From the sequence record OP870145.1: a stretch of 64,000 bases of DNA. One strand, given 5' to 3'. A program made the translations under genes and the position numbers. The DNA comes from Escherichia phage vB_Eco_F26. The notes beneath the pieces are model-generated. The model ran no database searches and was not told where the DNA came from. It saw nothing but the letters and a program-made list of their open reading frames with translations. Positions 1-9,486 of this stretch are shown here, in pieces. Position 1 is the first letter of the stretch. Each line of letters opens with the position of its first letter.

Positions 1-2178
1 TTAGGCCGCAAGGGCCTTCATAGTTTTAGCGATTTGGGAAACTTCATCATCGCTCAAAGAGTTGCGATAACCGATGAAGTCGGAAACAATACGGAATTTC
101 TTGGTAAACTCAGCAACCATTTTATCACTATTTTTTGAAGCATTACGTGATAATTCATCAAAAAGATTAGTTACCGTCCAGATGTCATGACCGATGGTAT
201 CTTTTCCACCATTAAAATATACACCCTGTAATGAACTAACCATATTAGCGAGTCGTGTATATTCTTCAGAAACTTCATCTACACTGAAGTACTTCATCAT
301 AAAATCTAGTTCAGGATACTTAATAATTTTATCAATATATCGTTTAGCTGAACTTGAATAACCTACATACTTATCATAATCTACATCATCAAAAGCATCT
401 ACATATAAATCACGCAAAGCTTCAAAAATACATTGGCACTGACCGAGTTCTTTTACCTTTTTCTGTAAAAGCGGACGAATAACATAAAATTCATTAATGC
501 CAATAAGATTAGCCATACGAATCAAAATATTCATAGATGGATGACAAAGCGATGTAGTACCATCCATAGAGAAAATATCAGAACGATGCATGTATGCTAC
601 ATAACCAGTAATTTCATCTGCTTCTGATGTGAGCGTAAACAATTCCTCTTTTTCCCAGCGCCCGTCTTTAATTTCAAACTTAAATGCAGTAGCAGTTTTA
701 GGACGAGGAGCTGTACTTTTTACTGCCTTTGGAATATAACTTTTAACTAAAGCTTCAATTTCTGACAGATAATGAATGTTAACTTCATCACTTTCAAACA
801 TTGCGATAATATCAGGAAGCAAATCAATCTGCGATTCTACTTCCGGATTAATAAACAGAAGACGCTCATTGTGATGAATATTCAAAGTGTTATTAAATTC
901 ACTATCATCTAACGCGCGTGCTAATCCACGGACAATATTAACACGATTTTTAGTATTATCAATAACAATATTAATTTTTGTCGTATTAATACCAAACAGA
1001 CGATAGCTTGACGCAACGGCTGAAGTTTCATGGCTTTGCTTAATGCGTTTCAGTCGAGGGTCAAGATTTACTTCATACACAACCCCTGCATTGCATAACT
1101 TACTGTCAGGTTCAAACATGCTCTGCATCTTCTTATATGACAGATTTTTAGTCGTAAATTTGACTGAATTACTAATCATATAATCCCGAGCAGAATATCC
1201 CATCTTCATCAATTCACGGTATGTATGACGAGGAGATGTAGATTCTTTAAATCGTTTTACATCTTCATTGAATGCCTTCTCACTAAGCTCTTTAACACGC
1301 TCAATAATATTTTTACGAGTACGATCGTCCAGTGAAAGAGCCTCACGTGATGGAGCAATATCAAGTGAACCCATTGGAAACTTAATGTAATTCACTTCAT
1401 TGCGGATGCTTAACCAGTTACGGTCTCTAATAACACCATCAATAGGATAAACAATACCACCATAGATAGCATACAATCCGCCACGATCTGGCCAGTATCT
1501 TTCTGGATTTACACCGTAATAGTCATCAAAATCCGGAAAATAATCAATTTCGCGGTCAAGACCATTAATGATAGCCAAATCTTTGAATGGTCGCATGATA
1601 TAAGAAACTTCATAAGCAAAGTTTCTAAAGTCTTTTTCTTCAACCGGAACTACGATTTCAATACCAGTTTTATCGTCTGGACCCATTTCTTTTACGAATG
1701 TAGGTTTAATCTGCGGACCGTCACCATCCATGTAAGCTACATAACCACGAATTTCGCCTTTATGATATGAAGTAATACTAAATGTATCAGTATAACTAAA
1801 CGGAGATTTAGAACCTAAACCAAATCCACCAATGAAATCGTTAGATTCAGCCTTAGATGAACTGAAGTATGAATTATACAACCCAGGAGAATTATCATCA
1901 CCCTGAATATCAAAATCGCTCATACCCGGACCAAAATCTCGACAAACAAATCGCGAATCTAATCGTCCTGGAACTTGTATGATAAATTTTTCAGGATTTC
2001 CATTGAGAGCATGTGCATCAATCATGTTGGTAATCAATTCACGGACTACTGCGCGAATCTTGTTTGTGTACAAATCAGATGATAGAATTTTAAATACTTT
2101 AGGAGATGCTGTGATGCTAAATGCTTTTGATTTAGAACCATTACCAAGAATTGTTTCTTTTTCAGTGGTGATAATCAT
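1..2178 (-). CDS. rIIA: rIIA protein (725 aa), GHKL-type ATPase fold, membrane-associated; stop codon is at window start
   Basis: Full-length 725-aa ORF; N-terminal ExxxNxxDA motif ([11 protein letters not shown]) typical of GHKL ATPases; length and position match T4 rIIA. Confidence 0.85.
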   Translation of the reverse strand: MIITTEKETILGNGSKSKAFSITASPKVFKILSSDLYTNKIRAVVRELITNMIDAHALNGNPEKFIIQVPGRLDSRFVCRDFGPGMSDFDIQGDDNSPGLYNSYFSSSKAESNDFIGGFGLGSKSPFSYTDTFSITSYHKGEIRGYVAYMDGDGPQIKPTFVKEMGPDDKTGIEIVVPVEEKDFRNFAYEVSYIMRPFKDLAIINGLDREIDYFPDFDDYYGVNPERYWPDRGGLYAIYGGIVYPIDGVIRDRNWLSIRNEVNYIKFPMGSLDIAPSREALSLDDRTRKNIIERVKELSEKAFNEDVKRFKESTSPRHTYRELMKMGYSARDYMISNSVKFTTKNLSYKKMQSMFEPDSKLCNAGVVYEVNLDPRLKRIKQSHETSAVASSYRLFGINTTKINIVIDNTKNRVNIVRGLARALDDSEFNNTLNIHHNERLLFINPEVESQIDLLPDIIAMFESDEVNIHYLSEIEALVKSYIPKAVKSTAPRPKTATAFKFEIKDGRWEKEELFTLTSEADEITGYVAYMHRSDIFSMDGTTSLCHPSMNILIRMANLIGINEFYVIRPLLQKKVKELGQCQCIFEALRDLYVDAFDDVDYDKYVGYSSSAKRYIDKIIKYPELDFMMKYFSVDEVSEEYTRLANMVSSLQGVYFNGGKDTIGHDIWTVTNLFDELSRNASKNSDKMVAEFTKKFRIVSDFIGYRNSLSDDEVSQIAKTMKALAA

Positions 2179-2188
2179 AATTTCCTCA

Positions 2189-2392
2189 TTAATTCATATT
2201 GCGTTTAATAACTTCAGCAACTTCTAGTAGTTCATCTTTAGTTGCGGTGTCGGATTGAATTTTATCTCTAATATCCTTAAAGCGGTTTTTAAACTCTTCA
2301 GCTTCTCCCATATCGAAAAAGCGTTGAATGATTCTATATTCTCGATGAACTGCTTTATCAAAAAGTTCTAAATTTACTTTATATGATTTCAT
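2189..2392 (-). CDS. small hypothetical protein (67 aa), rIIA.1-like
   Basis: ORF immediately upstream of rIIA, same strand, tight spacing. Confidence 0.5.
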   Translation of the reverse strand: MKSYKVNLELFDKAVHREYRIIQRFFDMGEAEEFKNRFKDIRDKIQSDTATKDELLEVAEVIKRNMN

Positions 2393-2417
2393 TCCAATAT
2401 CCTCATTTGCCCAATTA

Positions 2418-2447
2418 ATTATACCACATCCTTGTGGTAAAGTAAAC
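2418..2447 (-). promoter_or_regulatory. T4-type early promoter (GTTTAC -35, 18-bp spacer, TATAAT -10)
   Basis: Minus-strand reading GTTTAC-N18-TATAAT; overlaps 3' end of gene 60; same 32-bp sequence repeated at 51435-51466. Confidence 0.55.
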
Positions 2448-2979
2448 TACTGGCTCATCCATTCTTTACGAAGGTCAGCATTATCTCCCATGAGCATTTC
2501 AAAAAGCTCTTTCCAATTCTCAGGAAGTTTAACAACATCATATACTGGATTTTGAATCATCTCACGATATTCAGATTTTTCCAAAGAGCCAAGTCCTTTA
2601 ATATAACGGATGCTATGTTTAGGTAGAGCATCTTTGGCACTCTCATATTCAGCGACTGTATAAAACCATTCTTGTTTTTTACCGACCTGGGCGATGATTA
2701 CAGGAGTTTTGACAAAGCGAATACGTCCTTGCTCAAACAATTCTGGCCAATTACTAAAAAATCCTAGCAGAGAAGGATAAATAGAACCTAATCCAATAAT
2801 CTCTTAATTATGAGGTATTTCTATGGATAGCCCGAAGGCTATCCATCGTGATCTGCGTCTGTCATAATAGCGACATTCGCATAGTTCATTGAAGAGGATT
2901 TAATAGAACGACGAACATTGTTCTGCAATTTATATTTTTTCATATCAACGCTAGAAGAATCAATTTTTACAAATTTCAT
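2447..2979 (-). CDS. 60: DNA topoisomerase II large subunit C-terminal fragment gp60 (160 aa), translated in two segments (2979..2842 and 2791..2447) across a 50-nt untranslated gap
   Basis: Segment 1 encodes MKFVKIDSSSVDMKKYKLQNNVRRSIKSSSMNYANVAIMTDADHDG (46 aa) ending GGA-TAG; segment 2 resumes LGSIYPSLLGFFSNWPELFEQGRIRF...; 46+114=160 aa, matching recalled T4 gp60. Confidence 0.9.
2792..2841 (-). other. 50-nt translational bypass (coding gap) element with take-off hairpin
   Basis: mRNA reads GAU GGA UAG CCUUCGGGCUAUCC...UUGGA UUA; take-off GGA (2842-2844) followed by UAG stop inside an 8-bp stem with UUCG loop (2826-2845); landing GGA at 2792-2794; reading frame restored at UUA 2789-2791. 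Confidence 0.85.
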
Positions 2980-3778
2980 TATACACCTCATAGAACTTTT
3001 CATCAGGAATCCAACCGCGTTTAAATTCATTAAATGCTCGGCCGAATAATTTTGAATTCACAGTTATATTATTAACTGATTTCCATTTAGCAACTCCTGT
3101 TCGTTTATAATGATCGGGGTCATATTTCGTGACGTACCATTCATATAAATTTGGTATTAATTTTACAGCCTCTGGATTTGTCGCTGATTTATTATACCAT
3201 GGTTTCGCTTTTTCAAGTTCAGCTGCTTTTGCAGTAGCAGCAACAGTATTTCCAATACCAACTAATTTTTCAGCTTTAATGCGTGGATCATTAACATGAA
3301 GACGAAAAACTTCGCCCTTTTCATTTTTAAAGCATGTCATGCCTTTAATTCCAGGAAGCTTAACACCTTTATTAACACCGCACCATTCCTTTGGGTTAAA
3401 TGATCCTTTAATTAATAAGGCGCATTTACCCGATTTAATACTTCTCATTAAAACTTTATCTTTCATAAAGTTTTTTGACCATTCAGATACTGCTCTTTGA
3501 TGGTAAATTCTAGCAATTTCATATAATTTACTAGAACGTAAATATTTTTCAGTGTTTAACATTCTATTCATCGCATATGCCATTTCACGATTACGATGAA
3601 TTTTATATAGTAGAAAATGTGCTAAAAAGTGTTCACGAAAAGTCAGTTTCACCAAATTTTCTTTATCATCAGAACCTCCCATTGATCTTGGAAGGATATG
3701 ATGAATTTCACCCTTAAATTTAGAAACGCGGGTTTTACCCCGCACTATTAAGTCATTATAGATTTTTTCGTAATTCAC
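2960..3778 (-). mobile_element. mobA: HNH homing endonuclease gene (272 aa), mobA-like, inserted between gene 39 and gene 60
   Basis: HNH motif EIHHILPRSMGGSDDKENLVKLTFREHFLAHF; overlaps start of gene 60 and end of gene 39. Confidence 0.75.
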
Positions 3779-5306
3779 CTACTGTTATCCATTTACCATT
3801 AATCTGTACTTCATCATTTTCATTTACGATAATTGTATCGCCATTTAGTTCGAAAGTAAACCACTCGCCATCTTCTTTTTCTTCAAATGCCTTTTCACCG
3901 AGAACTAATCCAGTGATTGCGCAAATATCAAACAGTTCTTTGTTTTTAAGCATATCAGCATATGACATACCCCAGCTATTAAGAACTTTACCGCGCAATG
4001 GATAACCACCATGAAATTCTTTATCACGAACATCAATAAGATATCCGATAGCGGAATCACCCTCAGTCAAGAAAAGAGTAGTGTCAGCATCTTTACCACA
4101 AAGATTCGCTTTAATATGTTTATGAACCTTAGCTTTAGAAGCCTTTTTAGCTGCTTTAGTTTCTGCTGCTTTTTCTGCCGCCAATTTACGAGCCAAGGCA
4201 GCTTCAATGATTGGCATTAAAATTGCTTCATTATTCAAAATAGCACGTGAAATCTTTTTAGCATCAAGCTGAATATGACTACGGATTTCACCAAATGGAG
4301 AAGTCAAACGCTCTTTAGTTTGAGAATCAAATCGCATGTTTTTCATATCACGAACAAACATAACGATAGTCAAACATTCTTTAACACGTGCTTTAGTTAC
4401 ATCAATTTTGAATTTACGTTTGATTTGTGGAATAAGGTCTTCACAAATATCATCCATAACGCAGTCAATGTGATGGCCACCATTCTTAGTATGAATGTTA
4501 TTGACGTATGTTAATTGACGAAAACCATCAGGTGAACGACCAACCGCAATAGAACAGTTTTCTTGTTCTTGAACGATAGCATGTTCATCATATTGGCGTG
4601 CATATTTCTTGAAATTACCCTGAACCTTTTTACCATTAAAGGTAAATTGAATATCAGGATAAACTACTGCAAGTGTCTGGAGACGATCTAATGTAATGTC
4701 AAGATAAACTTGGGACAGCTCATTAGTTTCAAATGACATAAAATCAGGAATGAAAGTAACACGAGTTCCTTTCCATTTTCCTGGAATAGTTTCCCATGAT
4801 TTATTTTCCATGCCGTTTGAACAACGAACTACAATATTATTTTGACCATCGCCAGTTTCACCGACAAACATCACAGAAAAAATGTTTGTCAAACTAGAAC
4901 CAACACCATTCATACCGCCAGTGACGCGTTCTTTATCATCACCGAAGTTACCACCTGCTTTTGGAATAGTCCATGCAGCAACAGGACCAGGAATTTCTTC
5001 ACCGGTAGGTGTTTTAACCATCGCCTGTGGAATACCGCGACCGTTATCTTCAACTGTTACTTGATTGTTTTTAATAGTAACATTAATTTTATTTGCGAAT
5101 TTAAACTTAGTACGAATACCTTCATCTACTGAGTTATCGATAATTTCATCAATAAGCTTAACAAGACCAGGTACATACTGAACACTTTCCCATTTACCAA
5201 ACAGAAAGCGCTCATGCATTTCATTAGCAGAAGAGCCAATGTACATGCCGCTACGCTTTTTGATATGTTCAATATCGCTCAGAATTTTAATTTCATTCTT
5301 AATCAT
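3756..5306 (-). CDS. 39: DNA topoisomerase II large subunit, ATPase + Toprim part (gp39, about 516 aa from ATG at 5306)
   Basis: GyrB-like GHKL N-box (DEIIDNSVDEGI) and Toprim EGDSA motif (FLTEGDSA); ORF track starts at GTG 5309, ATG at 5306. Confidence 0.9.
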   Translation of the reverse strand: MIKNEIKILSDIEHIKKRSGMYIGSSANEMHERFLFGKWESVQYVPGLVKLIDEIIDNSVDEGIRTKFKFANKINVTIKNNQVTVEDNGRGIPQAMVKTPTGEEIPGPVAAWTIPKAGGNFGDDKERVTGGMNGVGSSLTNIFSVMFVGETGDGQNNIVVRCSNGMENKSWETIPGKWKGTRVTFIPDFMSFETNELSQVYLDITLDRLQTLAVVYPDIQFTFNGKKVQGNFKKYARQYDEHAIVQEQENCSIAVGRSPDGFRQLTYVNNIHTKNGGHHIDCVMDDICEDLIPQIKRKFKIDVTKARVKECLTIVMFVRDMKNMRFDSQTKERLTSPFGEIRSHIQLDAKKISRAILNNEAILMPIIEAALARKLAAEKAAETKAAKKASKAKVHKHIKANLCGKDADTTLFLTEGDSAIGYLIDVRDKEFHGGYPLRGKVLNSWGMSYADMLKNKELFDICAITGLVLGEKAFEEKEDGEWFTFELNGDTIIVNENDEVQINGKWITVGELRKNL

Positions 5307-5330
5307 CACTTATCCTCGTTTGGTTTCGGG

Positions 5331-5360
5331 AATATTATACTCCGGTAATCATAAAGCTAA
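5331..5360 (-). promoter_or_regulatory. possible middle promoter (MotA-box-like AGCTTTA, 13-nt spacer, TATAAT) upstream of gene 39
   Basis: Minus-strand TTAGCTTTA ... TATAAT immediately downstream of a hairpin; box has one mismatch to TGCTTTA. Confidence 0.4.
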
Positions 5361-5377
5361 AGGCCCGAAGGCCTTTT
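5359..5377 (-). terminator. GC-rich hairpin with tetraloop (AAGGCC-UUCG-GGCCUU) at 3' end of lipoprotein gene
   Basis: Inverted repeat aggcc/ggcct around cgaa; followed on the mRNA by U-rich run. Confidence 0.45.
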
Positions 5378-5636
5378 ATTTAAAACGAATAGTTGAATCC
5401 TTAAAGAACAGCCCAGAACATACTGTTCCTTCTACTTTCTGCCCAGTAGGTCCAATAGCACGAAATCCAGTATGCTGGAAATCATTTTCAGAGCAACCGA
5501 ACCAGTTATATCCGGTGATTTCAATATTAGTAAAACCACTTGAAGACAAAACTTTGGTTGCATTATCAGCATCAGTACATCCTATTAAAGACACTGCTAA
5601 TACTAATGCTGCAATAGAACGATTAATATATTTCAT
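5376..5636 (-). CDS. small predicted lipoprotein (86 aa)
   Basis: N-terminal signal peptide with lipobox LIGC (MKYINRSIAALVLAVSLIGCTD). Confidence 0.5.
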   Translation of the reverse strand: MKYINRSIAALVLAVSLIGCTDADNATKVLSSSGFTNIEITGYNWFGCSENDFQHTGFRAIGPTGQKVEGTVCSGLFFKDSTIRFK

Positions 5637-5638
5637 AA

Positions 5639-5815
5639 TTACCCTTTAAGCAAGTCGTAAAATCCACCATTCACATGCTTAGGAGCGGAAACTAACCGAA
5701 TAGCAATCCGATGACAATCAGGACATACATCAGTATCCCTTTCAGAAATTTTCTTGATTTTTTCGTATTCTTTTGCACAGTCTTTTGATTGACATTTATA
5801 ATCATAAAGCGGCAT
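5639..5815 (-). CDS. FmdB-family-like zinc-ribbon protein (58 aa), not in supplied ORF track
   Basis: Hand translation MPLYDYKCQSKDCAKEYEKIKKISERDTDVCPDCHRIAIRLVSAPKHVNGGFYDLLKG; two Cys pairs (C-x4-C ... CPDC) and RLVSAP motif. Confidence 0.5.
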   Translation of the reverse strand: MPLYDYKCQSKDCAKEYEKIKKISERDTDVCPDCHRIAIRLVSAPKHVNGGFYDLLKG

Positions 5816-5817
5816 AA

Positions 5818-6237
5818 TTATTCCTTAAAGTAAGCTTTCAACATCTGATATAAAGACCACGCCTGATCATTATTTTCAATAGTAATTTTCATGACTGGGA
5901 ATTCTGTGAAATCTTCTATTTGTTCTTGCTCTTCCTGCTCTTGTTCTTCAGCTGCCTGGTATGGATTTTCAACTTCATTAAAGAACCCAGCTTCGTTAGT
6001 AGAAAGCCAGATAAAGTTTTCGCCAAGGATATCACCATATGTTGAATATCCAACTGTGCCAGTAGATGTCACAATTTTAGTAGGACGCCCGTAATAGTCA
6101 ACATCTAAAATTTTAAAAGGTTCCATACCTAAACGGCGCGCATAGATTCCATTATAAGTATGGTCTTTAATAAAAGCTTCTTGAGCTTGTTTATTTTTAA
6201 ATTGATACCATTTATTAACCTCAAATTTAATAGCCAT
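5818..6237 (-). CDS. hypothetical protein (139 aa) with acidic EQEQEEQEQ tract; possibly goF-like
   Basis: ORF in position of T4 goF; name not verifiable from sequence. Confidence 0.4.
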   Translation of the reverse strand: MAIKFEVNKWYQFKNKQAQEAFIKDHTYNGIYARRLGMEPFKILDVDYYGRPTKIVTSTGTVGYSTYGDILGENFIWLSTNEAGFFNEVENPYQAAEEQEQEEQEQIEDFTEFPVMKITIENNDQAWSLYQMLKAYFKE

Positions 6238-6455
6238 TAATAAATTTCCTTCCAGTAAGTTGTGCCATCTTCAGTAATTTCACGAAATACACCGTAAATT
6301 GGTTGTTTATCACTGACTTTCTCATACACATAAACCGAAGTCAAGTGAGTAAACTTGCTAGTATGTTCCTTTTGAACTACTACCAAATCTGGATCGAATA
6401 ATACATCTTCAAATTCATCATTAGTGCAATTCTGAACAATTTTACGTTTCATCAT
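6237..6455 (-). CDS. small hypothetical protein (72 aa), cef-like position
   Basis: ORF with overlapping start/stop to neighbour. Confidence 0.4.
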   Translation of the reverse strand: MMKRKIVQNCTNDEFEDVLFDPDLVVVQKEHTSKFTHLTSVYVYEKVSDKQPIYGVFREITEDGTTYWKEIY

Positions 6456-6624
6456 AATTTCCTCATTAATTGAACATTGGAGAGATGCGTTTCAGAAGAG
6501 TATCAGCACCTTTGGCGAATTATCCATTTTATTCTTCAAGTTGTTTTCTGTATCAGTAGTTGATATTGATATAGTACCATAATCAACTACTGATGTATAT
6601 AGTTTTATGAAAAAATTTTAAACT

Positions 6625-7116
6625 TTATGCATAGCGAGCTTTGCTGTAGTGTTTAATCCAACTTTCAGGAATGACTTTGTATGTTCCTAAAAATACCACA
6701 TTGTACAGCTTAACACCATCTTCTACCCATTGATCAGTAATGTATGCACACATAGCGCGAGTACGCTGAGGAAGTGGTTGTCCACCTTCGGTAAATTCAA
6801 ACTCATAAGGAGCAATGAACTTGATAGCTTGACCAAGTTTCCACTTAAAGTCTACACCTACATGTGAAGTATCAATCGTTTCAATTCCTTTAGCAGGAAC
6901 AGCTTTCAAAAACGCAGATTCAAGAAATTTCGCGCGAACATAACCAAACTGAGGTTTAGACTTTCCATCTTTAGGAATGATACGCACTTTTACTTCAGAA
7001 TCTTCATCTTTAACGCCATGTTTAAGCTGAATGCTTACAATTTCGACCAATTTTCCTGCTGCTTTAGAACGGGATTTATCAGATACACGAGCAATTTCAC
7101 CAATATTAATAATCAT
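6625..7116 (-). CDS. hypothetical protein (163 aa), motB-like; paralog of 7193-7735
   Basis: C-terminal motif ITDQWVEDGVKLYNVVF shared with next ORF (VTDQWIEDGVELLNVVH). Confidence 0.45.
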   Translation of the reverse strand: MIINIGEIARVSDKSRSKAAGKLVEIVSIQLKHGVKDEDSEVKVRIIPKDGKSKPQFGYVRAKFLESAFLKAVPAKGIETIDTSHVGVDFKWKLGQAIKFIAPYEFEFTEGGQPLPQRTRAMCAYITDQWVEDGVKLYNVVFLGTYKVIPESWIKHYSKARYA

Positions 7117-7192
7117 AGTTATCTCTCACTTGTTAAAAAGATTTTATACTCCACAGGACCATTATACTCTGGTCCCAAGAGTTTGTAAACTA

Positions 7193-7735
7193 TTAATTCA
7201 AAATAGCTACCACTGCACTACGAGGTACTACGCTAAAATCACCTGCATGAACAACGTTCAGAAGTTCAACACCATCTTCAATCCATTGGTCTGTTACCCA
7301 ACCACAGACCGAAATAAATGGAGTCTTGATAGCTACCGCATGAGTTAGAAGGTCGGTAGGGTCTTGTTCTTCAACTTCTTGGAACAGGATGAACTCATCT
7401 TCATAAACCAGGTTTTTCTTTATTTTGTTATTATCTAACCGGCGACCGTGGATGACGTAAGATTTGTCAAACCACTCACTTTTGGCAAATTCTTCAACAA
7501 TAAATTCGCCTTCGCCAAAAACATCAGTCAGAGTTTTATGACCGGAAATCAAGGCATTAGTTTTAATTTTAGGTTCAACCAGTTTGTAGGTTTTGCCGAT
7601 TTCAATAGCGGTAGTCATAGTAGGTTCCTTAATTTCCAGCGGTTTAACAGGGCATACATAAGTGCTTACAACATCAAAATCAATCAGTTTAGCTACCGGA
7701 TTTGGTATGTATTCAGGATTATAATTAAATTTCAT
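7193..7735 (-). CDS. hypothetical protein (180 aa), paralog of 6625-7116
   Basis: Shared C-terminal TDQW(I/V)EDGV motif block. Confidence 0.45.
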   Translation of the reverse strand: MKFNYNPEYIPNPVAKLIDFDVVSTYVCPVKPLEIKEPTMTTAIEIGKTYKLVEPKIKTNALISGHKTLTDVFGEGEFIVEEFAKSEWFDKSYVIHGRRLDNNKIKKNLVYEDEFILFQEVEEQDPTDLLTHAVAIKTPFISVCGWVTDQWIEDGVELLNVVHAGDFSVVPRSAVVAILN

Positions 7736-7737
7736 AA

Positions 7738-8238
7738 TTATCTCATTTCAATAAAATCTACGAGTTCAGCATGCGATTTGCGGAACATTACTTGGTGCCC
7801 GCCAATGATAACTTGGTCATCTGGCACTTCGTATACAGCAAGATAAAATCCTTTAGAAGATAATTCTTCCCGCTCTTCTCGTGTGAACCATCTCATCATA
7901 TCATACTCACTAGCGAAAGCAAAATGATAAAGAGCTATAAACCATCCTGGAATATGATATTCTACTCCAACATAATCTTTCTTGAACTTAGTATTAATTA
8001 CTATATTAGCGTTTTTAACTAATAGTTTATCTTCGTGTGGTAAAGGAATTCTTTTATTATTATCGCTATGATGCATAAAATTAGGTCTGCCATAACCTAC
8101 GTGTAATAGCCACTCTTCGCTCCATGAATCTATTATACTCCTGTACGGCGTTATTTGAACACAAAGATTTCGACGTATTGTTATAGCATCTTCATTATTA
8201 AGAATACTAAACGATGATTCAACACGATAAATTTTCAT
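7738..8238 (-). CDS. hypothetical protein (about 166 aa from MKIYRV)
   Basis: ORF track begins at 8277, but early promoter at 8264-8295 and GAGGA SD favour ATG at 8238. Confidence 0.45.
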   Translation of the reverse strand: MKIYRVESSFSILNNEDAITIRRNLCVQITPYRSIIDSWSEEWLLHVGYGRPNFMHHSDNNKRIPLPHEDKLLVKNANIVINTKFKKDYVGVEYHIPGWFIALYHFAFASEYDMMRWFTREEREELSSKGFYLAVYEVPDDQVIIGGHQVMFRKSHAELVDFIEMR

Positions 8239-8263
8239 TTTATTATCCTCAGTAGCTATGGTG

Positions 8264-8295
8264 TTATAATACCACAACTAACCGAGGAAGTAAAC
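8264..8295 (-). promoter_or_regulatory. T4-type early promoter (GTTTAC-N18-TATTAT)
   Basis: Minus-strand GTTTAC at 8290-8295, -10 at 8266-8271. Confidence 0.5.
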
Positions 8296-8301
8296 AACTT
8301 T

Positions 8302-8985
8302 TTATCGTTTTGTTGGAAGAGACAGAGGATCGCAATCTTCCTCTGACGGAGCATCTTCAAGACCCATAGCGTATCGCAAAGCATACTTCATCATCAGGAT
8401 GTCTTTCGCACAGTCATGAATAGAATCATGCGCAACGAATCCATCTAAAGTTCCTTTTGGAAGAGGACACGTGGTCATATCACGAACAAGCAGAAGTGCT
8501 TCAATTCTGGTACGAATATCACGCTGATTCCAAAATTTACAAGGTTCTAACTTAAATGTATCAAGCTCATTCTCGGAAACGCCGTTAAGACGTTGAATAT
8601 CGCGAATGAGATCGACTAAAATTGGAAAATCAAACGACATTCCACGGCACCAGCCTTGAGATTTCCAAGGATCGATATTATGCGCATTGATGTAATCATT
8701 AAATTTTGCAATACCATCGATAGTGCTTACATCTTCATCTGATGGCGCAATATTTTTTCGAGCTTCAGGAGATTGATTCTTCCACCATTCGATAGTGCTT
8801 TTAGTAAAAAGACGATGTCCTTTTTGGCTTTTTAAATCAAATTTGATTTTAATGCCACGTGAAACTAATTCATCAAATGTTTCAACGACTTCTGGATTAG
8901 GGTCAAAAGCAATTACAGCCAAATCAATAACAGCTGCTTTTTCACCGCTTCCCATTGTTTCAAAATCTATAATAAAATCAAACAT
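8302..8985 (-). CDS. dexA: exonuclease A (227 aa), DEDD-type 3'-5' exonuclease
   Basis: N-terminal FDFETMG acidic motif; 227 aa as in T4 DexA. Confidence 0.8.
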   Translation of the reverse strand: MFDFIIDFETMGSGEKAAVIDLAVIAFDPNPEVVETFDELVSRGIKIKFDLKSQKGHRLFTKSTIEWWKNQSPEARKNIAPSDEDVSTIDGIAKFNDYINAHNIDPWKSQGWCRGMSFDFPILVDLIRDIQRLNGVSENELDTFKLEPCKFWNQRDIRTRIEALLLVRDMTTCPLPKGTLDGFVAHDSIHDCAKDILMMKYALRYAMGLEDAPSEEDCDPLSLPTKR

Positions 8986-9260
8986 TAAATTTTCCTCGCT
9001 AAATCGCGAATTTGACCTACAGTATAATCTTGGATATAAACTTTATTAATGGGCTCATCAATAAATTTTGCCATAGATTCAATATCTTTTTGTATCTCTT
9101 CAAGACTGTATACTATCTTTGAAGCTTTTTCGCAAATAGTAACATTATCAGGTCCTGGATTTTCCTCAATGACAGCTTTAACATTTGTCATAAGAGATTT
9201 AAACTGATGCAAACTTAATTCAATCATTAATAACCGCCTTATAAAGATGGCTAATTTCAC
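8985..9260 (-). CDS. hypothetical protein (91 aa), dexA.1-like
   Basis: ORF with ATGA start/stop overlap with dexA. Confidence 0.45.
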   Translation of the reverse strand: MKLAIFIRRLLMIELSLHQFKSLMTNVKAVIEENPGPDNVTICEKASKIVYSLEEIQKDIESMAKFIDEPINKVYIQDYTVGQIRDLARKI

Positions 9261-9480
9261 CTAAAACGTAATCACTGATTGTAACAGTTTTCACTTCACC
9301 ACAAAAGAATTCTAACGCAATCAAATCTCGTTCAATTTCTTCCAATTGAAGCATTAACTTGCCTGATTCAATTTTCACGTTTTTGCGATTTTTACTATAA
9401 GCTATTTCATATATTTCGCTCACTTTATCTTGAAGTAGATAAAACTGGTCTTTAGTTATTTCCACGAATAGCTTCCTCAA
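9220..9480 (-). CDS. hypothetical protein (86 aa), dexA.2-like
   Basis: ORF. Confidence 0.45.
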   Translation of the reverse strand: MRKLFVEITKDQFYLLQDKVSEIYEIAYSKNRKNVKIESGKLMLQLEEIERDLIALEFFCGEVKTVTISDYVLGEISHLYKAVIND

Positions 9481-9486
9481 ATTTAA

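Noticed and set aside
2839-3030. 63-aa ORF reported as an independent gene
   Set aside because: It is the 5' segment of gene 60 (46 codons from ATG at 2979) plus an in-frame upstream extension; the stop at 2839 is the bypass take-off stop.
4011-5132. Plus-strand ORFs (4011-4220, 4275-4514, 4842-5132, 4882-5064) inside gene 39
   Set aside because: Fully embedded antisense to a well-supported topoisomerase gene, with no SD and low-complexity translations; typical spurious ORFs.
6541-6590. Early promoter candidate between 6455 and 6625
   Set aside because: Has the conserved -10/downstream block and an inverted repeat but no GTTTAC at the 18-bp spacing; may be a terminator or weak promoter, so left unannotated.
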